64,000 bases of DNA from contig CATNEN010000037.1 of the NCBI GenBank assembly GCA_950097015.1, positions 3,100,001 through 3,164,000 of the forward strand, written 5' to 3'. The translations under genes were made by a program, and so were the position numbers. This DNA is from Macrostomum hystrix. Lineage: Eukaryota; Animalia; Platyhelminthes. The notes under the pieces were generated by a model, which worked only from the letters and a program-made list of their open reading frames with translations, ran no database searches and was not told the origin of the DNA. Of the stretch, positions 14,700-27,900 are shown one piece after another. The number at the start of each line of letters is the position of its first letter. Positions within the stretch are counted from its first letter, which is position 1.

Positions 14700-16370
14700 A
14701 TCGTCACTCCCATCTAACTCTCTTCACTCCCATCTAACTCTCGTCACTCCCATCTAACTCTCGTCACTCCCATCTAACTCTCTTCACTCCCATCTAACCC
14801 TCGTCACTCCCATCTAACTCTCTTCACTCCCATCTAACCCTCGTCACTCCCATCTAACTCTCGTCACTCCCATCTAACTCTCTTCACTCCCATCTAACTC
14901 TCTTCACTCCCATCTAACTCTCGTCACTCCCATCTAACTCTCTTCACTCCCATCTAACTCTCGTCTCTCCCATCTAACTCTCGTCACTCCCATCTAACTC
15001 TCGTCACTCCCATCTAACTCTCTTCACTCCCATCTAACTCTCTTCACTCCCATCTAACTCTCTTCACTCCCATCTAACTCTCTTCACTCCCATCTAACCC
15101 TCGTCACTCCCATCTAACTCTCGTCACTCCCATCTAACTCTCTTCACTCCCATCTAACTCTCTTCACTCCCATCTAACTCTCTTCACTCCCATCTAACTC
15201 TCTTCACTCCCATCTAACTCTCGTCACTCCCATCTAACTCTCTTCACTCCCATCTAACTCTCTTCACTCCCATCTAACTCTCTTCACTCCCATCTAACTC
15301 TCGACACTCCCATCTAGCTCACGTCACTCCCATCTAACTCTCGTCACTCCCATCTAACTCTCTTCACTCCCATCTAACTCTCTTCACTCCCATCTAACTC
15401 TCGACACTCCCATCTAGCTCACGTCACTCCCATCTAACTCTCGTCACTCCCATCTAACTCTCTTCACTCCCATCTAACTCTCTTCACTCCCATCTAACTC
15501 TCGTCACTCCCATCTAACTCTCGTCACTCCCATCTAACTCTCGTCTCTCCCATCTAACTCTCGACACTCCCATCTAGCTCTCGTCACTCCTATCTAACTC
15601 ACGTCACTTCTAACTAACTCTCGTCACTCCCATCTAACTCTCGTCTCTCCCATCTAACTCTCGACACTCCCATCTAGTTCACGTCACTCCTATCTAACTC
15701 ACGTCACTTCTAACTAACTCTCGTCACTCCCATCTAACTCTCGTCACTCCCATTTAACTCTCGTCACTCCCATTCCCATTTAACTCTCGTCACTCCAATT
15801 CCCATCTAACTCTCGTCACTCCAATTCCCATCTAACTCTCGTCACTCCAATTCCCATCTAAAACTCGTCACTCCAATTCCCATCTAAAACTCGTCACTCC
15901 AATTCCCATCTAACTCTCGTCACTCCAATTCCCATCTAACTCTCGTCACTCCAATTCCCATCTAAAACTCGTCACTCCAATTCCCATCTAAAACTCGTCA
16001 CTCCAATTCCCATCTAACTCTCGTCACTCCAATTCCCATCTAAAACTCGTCACTCCAATTCCCATCTAACACTCGTCACTCCAATTCCCATCTAAAACTC
16101 GTCACTCCAATTCCCATCTAAAACTCGTCACTCCAATTCCCATCTAACTCTCGTCACTCCAATTCCCATCTAACTCTCGTCACTCCAATTCCCATCTAAA
16201 ACTCGTCACTCCAATTCCCATCTAAAACTCGTCACTCCAATTCCCATCTAACTCTCGTCACTCCAATTCCCATCTAACTCTCGTCGCTCCAATTCCCATC
16301 TAACTCTCGTCACTCCAATTCCCATCTAACTCTCGTCACTCCAATTCCCATCTAAAACTCGTCACTCTTA
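14700..16370. repeat. Compound minisatellite: 20-bp unit (tcgtcactcccatctaactc) changing to a 26-bp unit (tcgtcactccaattcccatctaactc) near 15770
   Basis: Both periodicities read directly. Confidence 0.95.
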
Positions 16371-17019
16371 CACAGCTATCACCAGTCCGAATCACACAAA
16401 TGTAAGCAATAAATAATTAATATGGCTTCACATAAGAAATCCAATATACGAGCGTACAGGCCAAATTTAGGCTTCAGTTCCAACAAATTTGTTTGAATGA
16501 CCTGAACTTGAACAATGGACAGAATGAAGAGAGACAGAATGAGGAGAAATAATTGGGCCTATCTGGCTTTGGACACTACAATGCTCCTCTTTCACATGTA
16601 CAGCTGTGCCGAAAAAGCTGTAAAAATGTACAGATGGTCGCCGAGATCCTCACAGGTCGCTGGGCCTTTTTGTGGTCTCCGTGGAAGTTTCAATGCATGA
16701 ATACACGCCCCGACTTGTACGAATCAATAAACACAGCGCGGAGAGTGTGTGTGCGTTTGGAAAATTCGTTCCCAATCCTCAGACCCCTATTAAATAAACA
16801 AAACTATATTTAGGGTGAAGCTAATTCAGATACTAGTCAACTGTTTGAATTCATCTTAGGCTCGGCCTATACTGGCTATATAAGTGGGTAAGCTAATGTT
16901 TTGATTGTGCTTTAAGTGGGGAGAAAATAGGACAGGAGTAAGAGTTCACTGCAAGTGTCTGCAACCCAATTTACATCGCGGAACAAAGTGGGGGTCTAAT
17001 AGACGACAGAGGGCCCCAT

Positions 17020-17530
17020 TGGCTGTGGAGAGATAAGACAGGGGAGAGGGAAGATAAGGGAGAGATGAGATAGGGGAGAGGGAAGATAGGGGAGAGATGA
17101 GATAGGGGAGAGGGAAGATAGGGGAGAGATGAGATAGGGGAGAGGGAAGATAGGGGAGAGATGAGACAGGGGAGAGGGAAGATAAGGGAGAGATAAGACA
17201 GGGGAGAGGGAAGATAAGGGAGAGATGAGATAGGGGAGAGGGAAGATAGGGGAGAGATGAGACAGGGGAGAGGGAAGATAAGGGAGAGATGAGATAGGGG
17301 AGAGATGAGATAGGGGAGAGATGAGACAGGGAGAGATGAGGTAGGGGAGAGATGAGATAGGGGAGAGATGAGACACGGGAGAGATGAGACATGGGAGAGA
17401 TGAGGCAGGGGAAAGATGAGACATAGGAGAGAGAGATGAGACAGGGGAGAGATGAGTCACGGGCGAGATGAGACATGCGAGAGATGAGACACGGGCGAGA
17501 TGAGACTGGGAGAGATGAGACACGGGACAA
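17020..17530. repeat. Purine-rich degenerate minisatellite (ggggagagatgagata type)
   Basis: Read directly. Confidence 0.85.
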
Positions 17531-17574
17531 ACGAGATAAATAAGAATCTCATTTGTTAAAATGTGTTAGAATGG

Positions 17575-17730
17575 AACAGCTCTCCATCTCACCCTCCTCC
17601 TCGATCTCTACATCTCACCCTCCTCCTCGATCTCTCCATCTCACCTCCTCCTCGATCTCTCCATCTCACCCTCCTCCTCGATCTCTCCATCTCACCTCCT
17701 CCTCGATCTCTCCATTTCACCCTCCTCCTC
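17575..17730. repeat. Pyrimidine-rich 23/26-bp tandem repeat (ctctccatctcaccctcctcctcgat)
   Basis: Read directly. Confidence 0.85.
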
Positions 17731-18991
17731 GACCGACAAAAAGTATTTGTAACCAATTTAGGGTATGCAGACATATATACTTTGGATCAAAGTGTCTTTC
17801 ACCCTTGATAGTGCAGAGATTTAGCATTGGCTAAAATAAATAAAACTCCTTTCAGTTCGCATTCACTTTTTAATTTTTCCAAGCTAAAATGGCGCCACAA
17901 TTTACATTTGTTCCATATTTTTCCATGACGCAGTTCAAATTTTAGCTATAGGCTGACTTGCAATGCAAATTAGTCCTTTGGCTTTCAAAGCAGACACAGT
18001 CTGCTACCTGGCTTGCTGGGTGTTCCAGGTGTTTCGCGCAAGCAAAACACACCCTTATTAATTTTCTATACTTGTTTATAGAAACAGCTGCATGCCGCTT
18101 GTCATTTAGTTATTCCGTACAGCGGTAGACCATGAAACTTAGTCACCTTGGTATTTGTGTGTAAATATAAACATACGGTAAGAAATTTAACCTGTACAAT
18201 AATCGACTATTCTTGAGTATCCCAAAAAGTATTATTTAGAAATTAAACAAATAATAAATCAGGGAGGTGTACCACCAGTTTACGGACTGAAAGCCTCACG
18301 CTAGGAAAAGTATAAAAGCTTCTAATAAGAGAAAATCGAAGAGAAAAATGTTTCAATGGCTTATGACCGCAGCAGCAGCAGCAGCAGCCATTTATAGGCC
18401 CCATACAGGCTAAGGCAGGCCGTTTGCAAGGCGGTTCATTATCGATACAGTCTTTGGCTGAGTCTTTGCCAGGCAACTTCAAAGCTCTATTGGTATCGTG
18501 AGGTCAGGACGGATACTATACAGTGCGTATTATGCCATTGCGCCAGTACACTCCCAGGGAGCTGGGGTGGGGAATATTGGGTGAAGCATTTTTTAGGGCC
18601 AGTGTTCAGTCAGACAAAGCAGAGGGCATTCACTTCCCCATTTCCCTATCCTCTCCTGTGCGTCTCACTCATCCCGTCTGCCCAACGGACGAGTCTCTTC
18701 CTCCCTCTCTCTCTAGTCGGCAATTCCTACTGCCCCTCTTTGCCTCAAATTTATCCCCGCAGCGCGCATAGTTTCCCTCTTTACTTGCCAAGTTCGCATT
18801 CCCACTTTCAGGCGGTGTGTCACCTGCCCAGCCCACTTCCCTTATAGAATAAAGCGGCAAAGCCTGGCTGAGTGGCTCTCAGCTCTCCATCTTGCGTCCG
18901 CCCCTTATCTAGGCTAGTTGTTCAGTGTCAAACACACACAAGTGTTAAACTTCACCCACGCCTAATTCGCCTAGGTCCAGGTGCGAGCAAA

Positions 18992-21900
18992 ATGTGCACA
19001 AAGCTGACTCAGCAGCTAGTTCTGGCGCTGGTTGTGGTGGCAGCGGTCTCCAACGCTGTTGACAACAATCTACTCTGCCTGGAATTTGAAGCTGCACTAA
19101 AGGTCCAGGGCAGTAATGTCATCATCTGCGGCTTCCCGAAGCCGGCCTCCCTCGGTGGCACTTCCGACGTGCCTCTGGCCTGCCATCGCTCGGCAGTGGA
19201 AATCAGCGCGCTATTGAAAAATGAGATTCAGGTTCTAGAACTTGACTCTAAGAATATCTGCTACATGAAGGTGGAAACCAATCTAGAAGTCACTGAACTG
19301 AGTTTGGAGCTCATCACTTCAAGTTATGCTGACGTGCCTAGGACTCGTCGCATCCGTCTACTAGACTCTGTGGCCGAAGTGGTTGGCGTCTCTGAGGTCC
19401 TGGCCATCAGTGGACCAATCACGGACATCAACCGAGCCGTGTTCGCGGACATCGGCCCAGCTCAATTGGAAAAGCTAAAAACTCTCATTTTGGCCAATAC
19501 AAATTTCGAGTCTATCGACTTGTCGCTTATAGAGCCGCTGAAAATCAATGAGCTAGTCTTGGCGAACAACATCGAATTGACTCGCATTACCAACAACAAA
19601 GAAGTCCAGCTGACTAGTCTTAGTTCATTCATCCTGTACAAAGGCAACAACTCATTGGTCGATTGTCGCAATCTGCTCAGTTTGCCAAGCCACGTACAGG
19701 AAGTCTATCTGCTGCAGACAGGCTTGAAGACTAACTGCGTTCAATGCTACCTGCCCAGCAGCTGTAAGACCCTGCACGTGCTGCAAACAGAGAAGGAGCT
19801 GAGCTATTTGCCTACAACTGCTGCCCAGGACGTTGAAATACCATTTCCATTCGAAAAGAAGTACAACGTATTGAACTACTTCGATCCGACAGTCAACACG
19901 AAAATTGCTGTCAACAAAACAGCAGCAGCCGCAAGGTGTCAGCCCGCCTGCAGCTGCCAGAAGTGGCCGCGGCCCGGTGAGTCAACTGTCCATTATTTCC
20001 ATATAATGGAGGTTGTAGCCTAGTGGTTTGAGCGTCGGACTCACGACTTGAAGGTCGGGGGGGGGAGGGTCGATTCCAGACTCTACAGGAAAAATTTGTG
20101 TCCTTTAGCAAGACACTTAAATCTGAATTGCTTCAGTTCACCCAGCTGTTAAATGGGTACCAGAATTAGCTGAGGTAATTGAGGGTGGGTGTGGCGTCCC
20201 ACAGTCCATGGACTGAACAGCCGTACACAGCCTTCAGGCAAATGGGGCAGGTGTAATAAAATATTCTTCCTGTTTTTCATGCTGATCCTTTTAAATTGGT
20301 TGTACTTTTGACTGCAGCTCGAGCACTGCTGCTTGGCGTTGGTCACACAGTCCATCAAGCTGACTATATGAGCAAAGCAAATACGACAGTCTTATCTAAG
20401 GAAGAATTTTTATCCATCAATCAATCGCTAGCAGGTAAAGCCATGAGCATACAATATCCTGACCTGGTTGTATAGGAACAACTCATGGAGATTGAATGAG
20501 AATTTATCTAGGAGGCACTTGGCTTGCAAAGACACGGCAGACTGACAGTTACAGAAAACTGGTCCGGGTTGAGACTTTGGCTCTTGACTTTGGCGTAACT
20601 CAATCCGTAACCGTCATAAGATATTTCATTTGGGCCATCCAGCGCAAGGACATACGCTCGTATATTGAGATATATAATCATTGGAATTTTTAATGGAATA
20701 GAGAATAACTATAAATCTACTCGTAGGAATGGAGAGACAACTGCCCAGCCAAACCCCATTTTCCGGACCAGTATGGGCTGACTGGCTGTCTCGAGAATAC
20801 ACTAAGCAGATAGGAAACTCTGATGCTCTACTTGGAGAAAACACAGATAACTCTCCGTATCGTGTAAAATATTGAAAAAATGTTTGTTTCATTAGAAAGC
20901 TGAATAAATTCTCTACATTTTAGTTGAAGCATGTGTGTCTACCTTTTTTTGCTATTGAGCTGTGCTTGAAGGAAATTTTAGAAAAGAAAAAATACTATTT
21001 AGCAGTAACTTTAGAAAGTTGTGATGCAGAAACATTTTATTAGCTCGTAATCACTAGATTTTAGCGCAATGTAGCTTAAATTGTAGTAACCATTAGTACC
21101 TATCAAATGAACAAATAAGCTTTTCATAGAAGCGAAAAAGAAAAAGATTTTGATTGACACGACTGACAAGCTATTTTGCCGCCCGTTTTTTATACGAAGG
21201 GTGATTTCCATAGTGGATTTTTCCAGCAGAAATTTTTTTGACAGCGCCTGAATCCTAACAGCGTTGGGTGGTGACAGATTGGTTGACAGACTAGACGATG
21301 GTTTACTGTGGTTGAGCTGCGCCTAATATTTAGGCTTGATCAGTGATTTTCGAGAAATTCGCTTTAGGGTGTCCATAGTGGCCTATTTCCACCTGTTGTA
21401 GCCCTTGAAGGTCCAGAAAATCCATCTAGATAAAAGTGAGTGACCAACGAAGACGGAGATGATGCAGGTACATTCTGGTGACATGCTGATAAATTTTGAA
21501 GGCGTTGTAATGCGATGCATGAAATACACTAGCGCTTATGGGAAAAATCTAACCTTCGGCCAGAAACATTTAATATCTCGACGGTCTGAAGAGCTGGCGA
21601 CTTGATTCTTGTTTCAGAAGATGCGCAACAAAAATTTGGCCCGTGTTCTTAATTGTACACAAAAAACTTGGTTGTTATACTGTTTAACTTTGTTTATGAA
21701 CCACTCTGCTCGACCAGCTGGCCCACAACCTACAGCTGGACCTCATAATGCTGCAGGAGGTTTCTATCGTGGCTGAGCCAGGCCTTCAACCTGAGGACCT
21801 TGGAGCCGGATGGAGCCTCCTGAACACGTCGGCAGAGCGTACACTGCGCCCCACTCTCACCGCGTCTGCTGCGGGTTGACCTGCGCCTGCGCACTCGCTG

Positions 21901-24900
21901 CATCCGGCTTTTCTGCTCGTACGCCCCTACGGCTACCCACCCGGACGAAGCTCTCGCCTTTTTCGAGTTTCTGGCCGGACAGCTGGAGGAAGTGCCAAAC
22001 CGCGACACGCTGGTGGTGCTCGGAGACCTAAACGCAGTTCCACGTAGGTCCGAGCGATCGCCTTTCGTCACGGGACGCGAGAACGCCAACACGGATGCGC
22101 TGGAGGACATGCTAGAACGGCTGGACCTGATGTCAATTAACACCCGTTTGCGCAAGTCCCCGGCCCGCTTGGTCCCATTCGCGGGCTGCAAGAGGAGGCG
22201 ACGGAACGCGCATGGGCGGAATGTCAAGAGCCGCGCTCCCACTCGTCCTTCGTGCCTACCGGGTCCCGGAGCAGCTAGTCGCTGCTGTCATGTCGCGATA
22301 TCGTGACACGCGCGCTGCTGTTGTTACGGCGGACGGCCTGTCCGACCTGTTTGCCACCTCGTCAGGAGTGCTGCTGGGCGACACGCTGGCCCCGTTCCTC
22401 TTCGTGCTTCTCCAGGACTGAGTGCTTCGGACTGCGCTCCCCTCGGATGAAGACGGCTTCTTGCTGCGCAAACGCATCGGTCGCCGCCACGATGAGAAGC
22501 GCCTCAGCGTGCTTGGCTACGCCGACGACCTCGCCCTCCTGTCCTCCTGCCATCCTGTCTGTAATAACTAAGGCCGAGGCTATTTTTAGTGAGCAGACAA
22601 AACTCTCAATCTTTACTGCCACGCTGAGCGCGCGTCCATATATTATTTGCTAGAACTGGGGTGGCGACACCCACCCCGCTCCGCAACCAATCAAACGACC
22701 CAGGTGTACACCTGGGCCTGGCTCACGTGCGTACGCACACTACATCTCTCCCCCTTCGAACAGAAACTGTGGGGAGACAAATAAGAACGAATTCGAGAAG
22801 CAAGATGTCGAAAAGAACGAAAAAGAACTCGACCGAAAAAAAATATGCAGCTATTGGAGGAAATAAAACACTCGAATTGATAGTCGCATCGGACTTGCAA
22901 AGAAAAGCGTGCATGTGATTGTTAATGTCAGTGGAAAAGTCAGTTCGTTTTCAGTCCTTGGTTTAGTCCTTGTAGATCTTCACGCCACCCCGTGCAGCGC
23001 GGGGGTGCGGGCGCAGCGCCACCGGGGATTCGGCCGGGTTCCGCGCCGCCTCGCCTGGAGTTTCTGGCGCGGCAGCCTGCGGCCTGGCACCAGCGTCGTC
23101 TGATTCTGGGGTGACGACCTTGACCGCCGTGCAATGCCGCCAGCAGGCCGCGCCGTCACGACGCAGCATCAGCGAGTTGCCGGCCACCCGCTGGACTGTC
23201 CAGGCGCCGCTCTCGAATGGCGTTTGCGTCTTGCTGGCACCGACTCGCCGTCGCAGCACCGAATCGCCGACCTGGATTTCGTGCCGCCGTGGCCGCCTCC
23301 TGGCGTCCGCTCGCTGCTTCATCGCGGCCTTGGCGCTCGCATCCATCTCTCGCAGCCGCTGCTCGTTGATGCGGACGCGCTGGGATGGCCGGGCGGCGGG
23401 GATGACATCATTTGGTCGCCGGCCCATCAGCAGCTCGGCTGGCGCGCGGCCCGTGGCTGTGTGCGGCGTGTTCCTGTAGGCCAGCAGCCACTCGTCCAGA
23501 GCAGCCCTCCAGTCGCGCCGCTCCTCGATTGCCGCCCGCACGACCTTGTTGATTGAGCGGTTCAGCCGCTCTGTCATGCCGTTGGCGGCTGGGTAGTAAG
23601 GCGTGATGAGGCGGTGCTTGATGCCGTAGCTTTCTAGGAAACGGCCAAACTCCTTGGATGAAAATGGCGGCCCGTTGTCAGTTACGAGCTCCTGCGGGAT
23701 GCCAAATCGCGCGAACATTTCTCGCAGGCGCGGGACCAGTGCCTCGGCCGTCGTTGTCTGCATGAGCTGCACCTCTGGGAATCTCGAGTATCTGTCCACG
23801 CACACCAGCAGCATGTTGTTGTTGATCGGGCCTACAAAGTCAGCCCCAATCGACAACCAGGCGCCCTTAGGGATAGGCGTCGGCTGTAGAGGCGTAGCCC
23901 GGACGGCTGGCGTGTGAGACGTGATGGCACAGCTGCGGCACCGACTGACGAACTCCTCCGCTTGTGTTGCCATTCTCGGCCACCAGACCTTGCTGCTGAG
24001 CCTTGCGGTCGTCTTCTGCGAGCACTGGTGTCCTTGGTGCGCCAGCTCGAGCATCTGCTGCCGTAGAGCTGCTGGCACGACAATCCGCTGATGCCGAAGA
24101 AGAACTCCGTCTACCGCCGACAGCTCCTCTCGCAGCGCGTGGAGTGACCGCATCTCAGCGCTAGAGCGGTCCCATTGGCCGCCTTGCATCGCTGCTATTG
24201 CTGCCCGGATAACTGGGTCGCTGGCTGAGCTCTTGCGGATGTCTTCGAGCGTGAGCGCCTTCGGGACAGCCGCCTGCGCTACCTCGTTTATGTAGGCCTC
24301 TCTCAGCTGCTCGCTGGTCCTACTTCCTTCAGCGTTTAGAGGCTGCCTGCTGAGTATGTCTGCAGCATTGGACGCTCCTGGCTGGTATTCGACCTTGAAT
24401 ACCAGGTGCTGGATACGCAGCGCCATACGCTCGACTCGTGGAGGCGGCCGTGACCCTGGCGCATACATGGCTGTCAGCGGCTTGTGGTCGGAGATCACCG
24501 TGAATTCGGGCGATCCATACAAGTAGTACTCAAACTTCAGGCAGCCGAACTTCACGGCGAGCGCCTCTTTTTCGGTCTGCGAATATCGCCGCTCTACGTC
24601 GGAGAGGGTCCGGCTCGCGTATGCGACTGGCCGCGAACTGCCGTCGTGCTGTACTTGCGCCAGGATTGCGCCGAGTCCGGTTGGTCCCGCGTCCACAATC
24701 AGCTGTGTCCGTAGCCGCTTGTCGTAGAATGCCAGCGTTGTCGGCTCCGCAATGCTGCGCTTTAGCTGCGCAAAGGCGCTGGCCTGGTCGGCGCCCCACT
24801 GCCAGTCGGTGTTCTTCCGGGTCAGGCGTCGCAGCGGCTCCGCCACCTTGGCCAGCTGTGGCGTGAATACTGCGAGATAATTCACGAGGCCCAAGAACGA

Positions 24901-27900
24901 TCGAAGTTGGCTTATCGTCTCTGGCTCCTTGAATTCTTGAACGGCGGCGACCTTGCTTTCTGTGGCTTGGACTCCTTCGGCCGTCAGTCGCATTCCCATA
25001 AACTCAATGCTGCTGCGTGCCAACCTGCATTTTCGAGCATTTAGCGTGATGCCGTGTTGCGCCAGGCGGGCCAGGCAGGCCTCGAGGCTGCTGTTGTGCT
25101 CCGCCATCGTGCGGCCGAACACGACCACGTCGTCGTGGATCCATTTTACGTTGGGCAGGCCTGCCAGCACTCTGCACATCACGCTCTGTAGGATCTCCTG
25201 TGAGGTGGACAGGCCCATGCACAGCCGAGTGAGACGCCGAAGTCCTCGGGGTGTCGAGAATCATTGTAATAACTAAGGCCGAGGCTATTTTTAGTGAGCA
25301 GACAAAACTCTCAATCTTTACTGCCACGCTGAGCGCGCGTCCATATATTATTTGCTAGAACTGGGGTGGCGACACCCACCCCGCTCCGCAACCAATCAAA
25401 CGACCCAGGTGTACACCTGGGCCTGGCTCACGTGCGTACGCACACTACAGAGGAAGTGCCAAACCGCGACACGCTGGTGGTGCTCGGAGACCTAAACGCA
25501 GTTCCACGTAGGTCCGAGCGATCGCCTTTCGTCACGGGACGCGAGAACGCCAACACGGATGCGCTGGAGGACATGCTAGAACGGCTGGACCTGATGTCAA
25601 TTAACACCCGTTTGCGCAAGTCCCCGGCCCGCTTGGTCCCATTCGCGGGCTGCAAGAGGAGGCGACGGAACGCGCATGGGCGGAATGTCAAGAGCCGCGC
25701 TCCCACTCGTCCTTCGTGCCTACCGGGTCCCGGAGCAGCTAGTCGCTGCTGTCATGTCGCGATATCGTGACACGCGCGCTGCTGTTGTTACGGCGGACGG
25801 CCTGTCCGACCTGTTTGCCACCTCGTCAGGAGTGCTGCTGGGCGACACGCTGGCCCCGTTCCTCTTCGTGCTTCTCCAGGACTGAGTGCTTCGGACTGCG
25901 CTCCCCTCGGATGAAGACGGCTTCTTGCTGCGCAAACGCATCGGTCGCCGCCACGATGAGAAGCGCCTCAGCGTGCTTGGCTACGCCGACGACCTCGCCC
26001 TCCTGTCCTCCTGCCATCCTGTCCAGATTGACAGGTTGGCTGAGTTGGCATCAAGCATCGGCCTAGAGATCAACACGCCTAAGACTGAGGTGCTGACCGT
26101 GCCGGCCGCCATTCCAGCGGACCTGAAGTGTCGCGGCGCTGATAGGCAGATCATCTCGCTCGCACGCTGCAAGGGGTTCACTTACCTCGGCGGTCTGGTG
26201 CCCAACGGGGTAGAGGACATCCGACGGCGCGGAGGACTCGCATGGGTGGCCTACCGTTCGATCCGTGCCGTCCTCCAGTCCACAGCGCTGCCTGATCGCC
26301 AGAGGGCTCGGCTGTGGCAGGCGGTGGTCGAGGCCGTCCTGCTGTACAACGCAGAGTCGTGGACGCTGACGGCTACGCTTGAGCGGCAGATGGCTTTTCA
26401 AGCTGACTAGATTGTCGGGACCGAGGCTCTGTACGAGAGAGCCCAGCTGCAACGCCCGTCCACCATCCTGCGCCAGCGGCGACTTCGACTAGCAGGCCAC
26501 GTTATTCGAGACGAGAGCTACTGCCGCCAGCCCGCCCAGGACGTCATGCTGCTCACCCTGCAGGGCCCGTTCAGGCGCGGCCAGGCTAGGACCCACCGCT
26601 ACGTCGACTGCTTGCTGAGCGACGCCGGGGCGCCACCGGCGCGGACCATGTTCATGCGCTGGCTCTGCGGCGCGCCATCTGACGCTGCTTTCCTGACTTT
26701 TGGGGCTAGCGTCTCTTGTTGCTGTTGTTGTTATGAACCGCTCATTAAACAAAACAGGCAGACACACAAGATTCAGTTATAATGTTGAGAATTTATGAAG
26801 CTTTTTAATAGAAGCAACATTTCAACATTTCAGAAAACTTTCTGTCTTTTTCTTCAAGTGGTATATTAGAATTGCCTATCTGCCTAGTGTATTTTCGGAA
26901 GAGCCAGTCAGCCTACACATGGTATGGAGAATGAGAGTTTGGCGGGGAGTTGTCTCTCAAGTTTCTAGATTCAGAGCTCTATGACTGAGCAAACACCTTC
27001 CTTGTTCAGAACAGTTTTCTGTCGGTCTTCTTTTAAACGTATCACGTTGATCGAGCCTAGCCAGACATTCCATTGCGCAGATTGAAGCCGCTAAAACTGA
27101 TCCTCAACAATGCTGTTTTGCACAAGCAAACGCCAAGTGGCGCACACTAGCATTCGCCATCAGCGGTTGCAAAATAAGAAGGCAACGCACTTGATTGTTG
27201 CGGAATTTGTATAGATCTACGCCGATTCGCCCTCCGTTTTTTCCCTTTGACTTCTCTCGCTTGGGTCTCGTACTCCGCCCTCCCCTCCACCAGTCTGAGG
27301 ATTACAGAGGGAGGCGGGATATTTCCGTCTGCTTCCGAAAATGTCAGGTTGAGGAAAATTTCTGAATTCTCGAGACGAATTCAGTTGCGCACTGGCAACA
27401 TCCACCTGGCGCATTTCATTCTCCCCTTGTCCTTTGGACCGGTGCGATAGCTAATCCTTTTGGGAAGCAATAACTGTCGGGGCAGTATAGTAGACAGCCT
27501 TTTGGGGGAAAGTATCCAGAAAGAAAGTTTCAATAAAAAGGTCTAAGATTTTGGCCAGTAGTAAGGTAACTGGGGGAAGGGTAACTGAAACGAAATGTCG
27601 TCGTATTGTATCAGCACTTCGACAGCTTGGCTCAACCGATTTACTCAACCACTGCTTGTATTGCGCGGCGCATCTTAACATCTGACGGGATCAGCTCACT
27701 GACTGACATTTAGGTTCAGGTAGAAAGTAACTTGATGCCCGCCGACTTTGTAATCCTGTTAAAAATAATTCAATGTCCCCGATGAGCGAACTCAACATGA
27801 GTGAGCGAAGAGAATCAAGACGATGGAATCAGCGCTGCTGATGACGCAGTAACATTTTACGTCGCAGGAAAGTTTACAATGTCCATTGCAGCGCAAAAGG

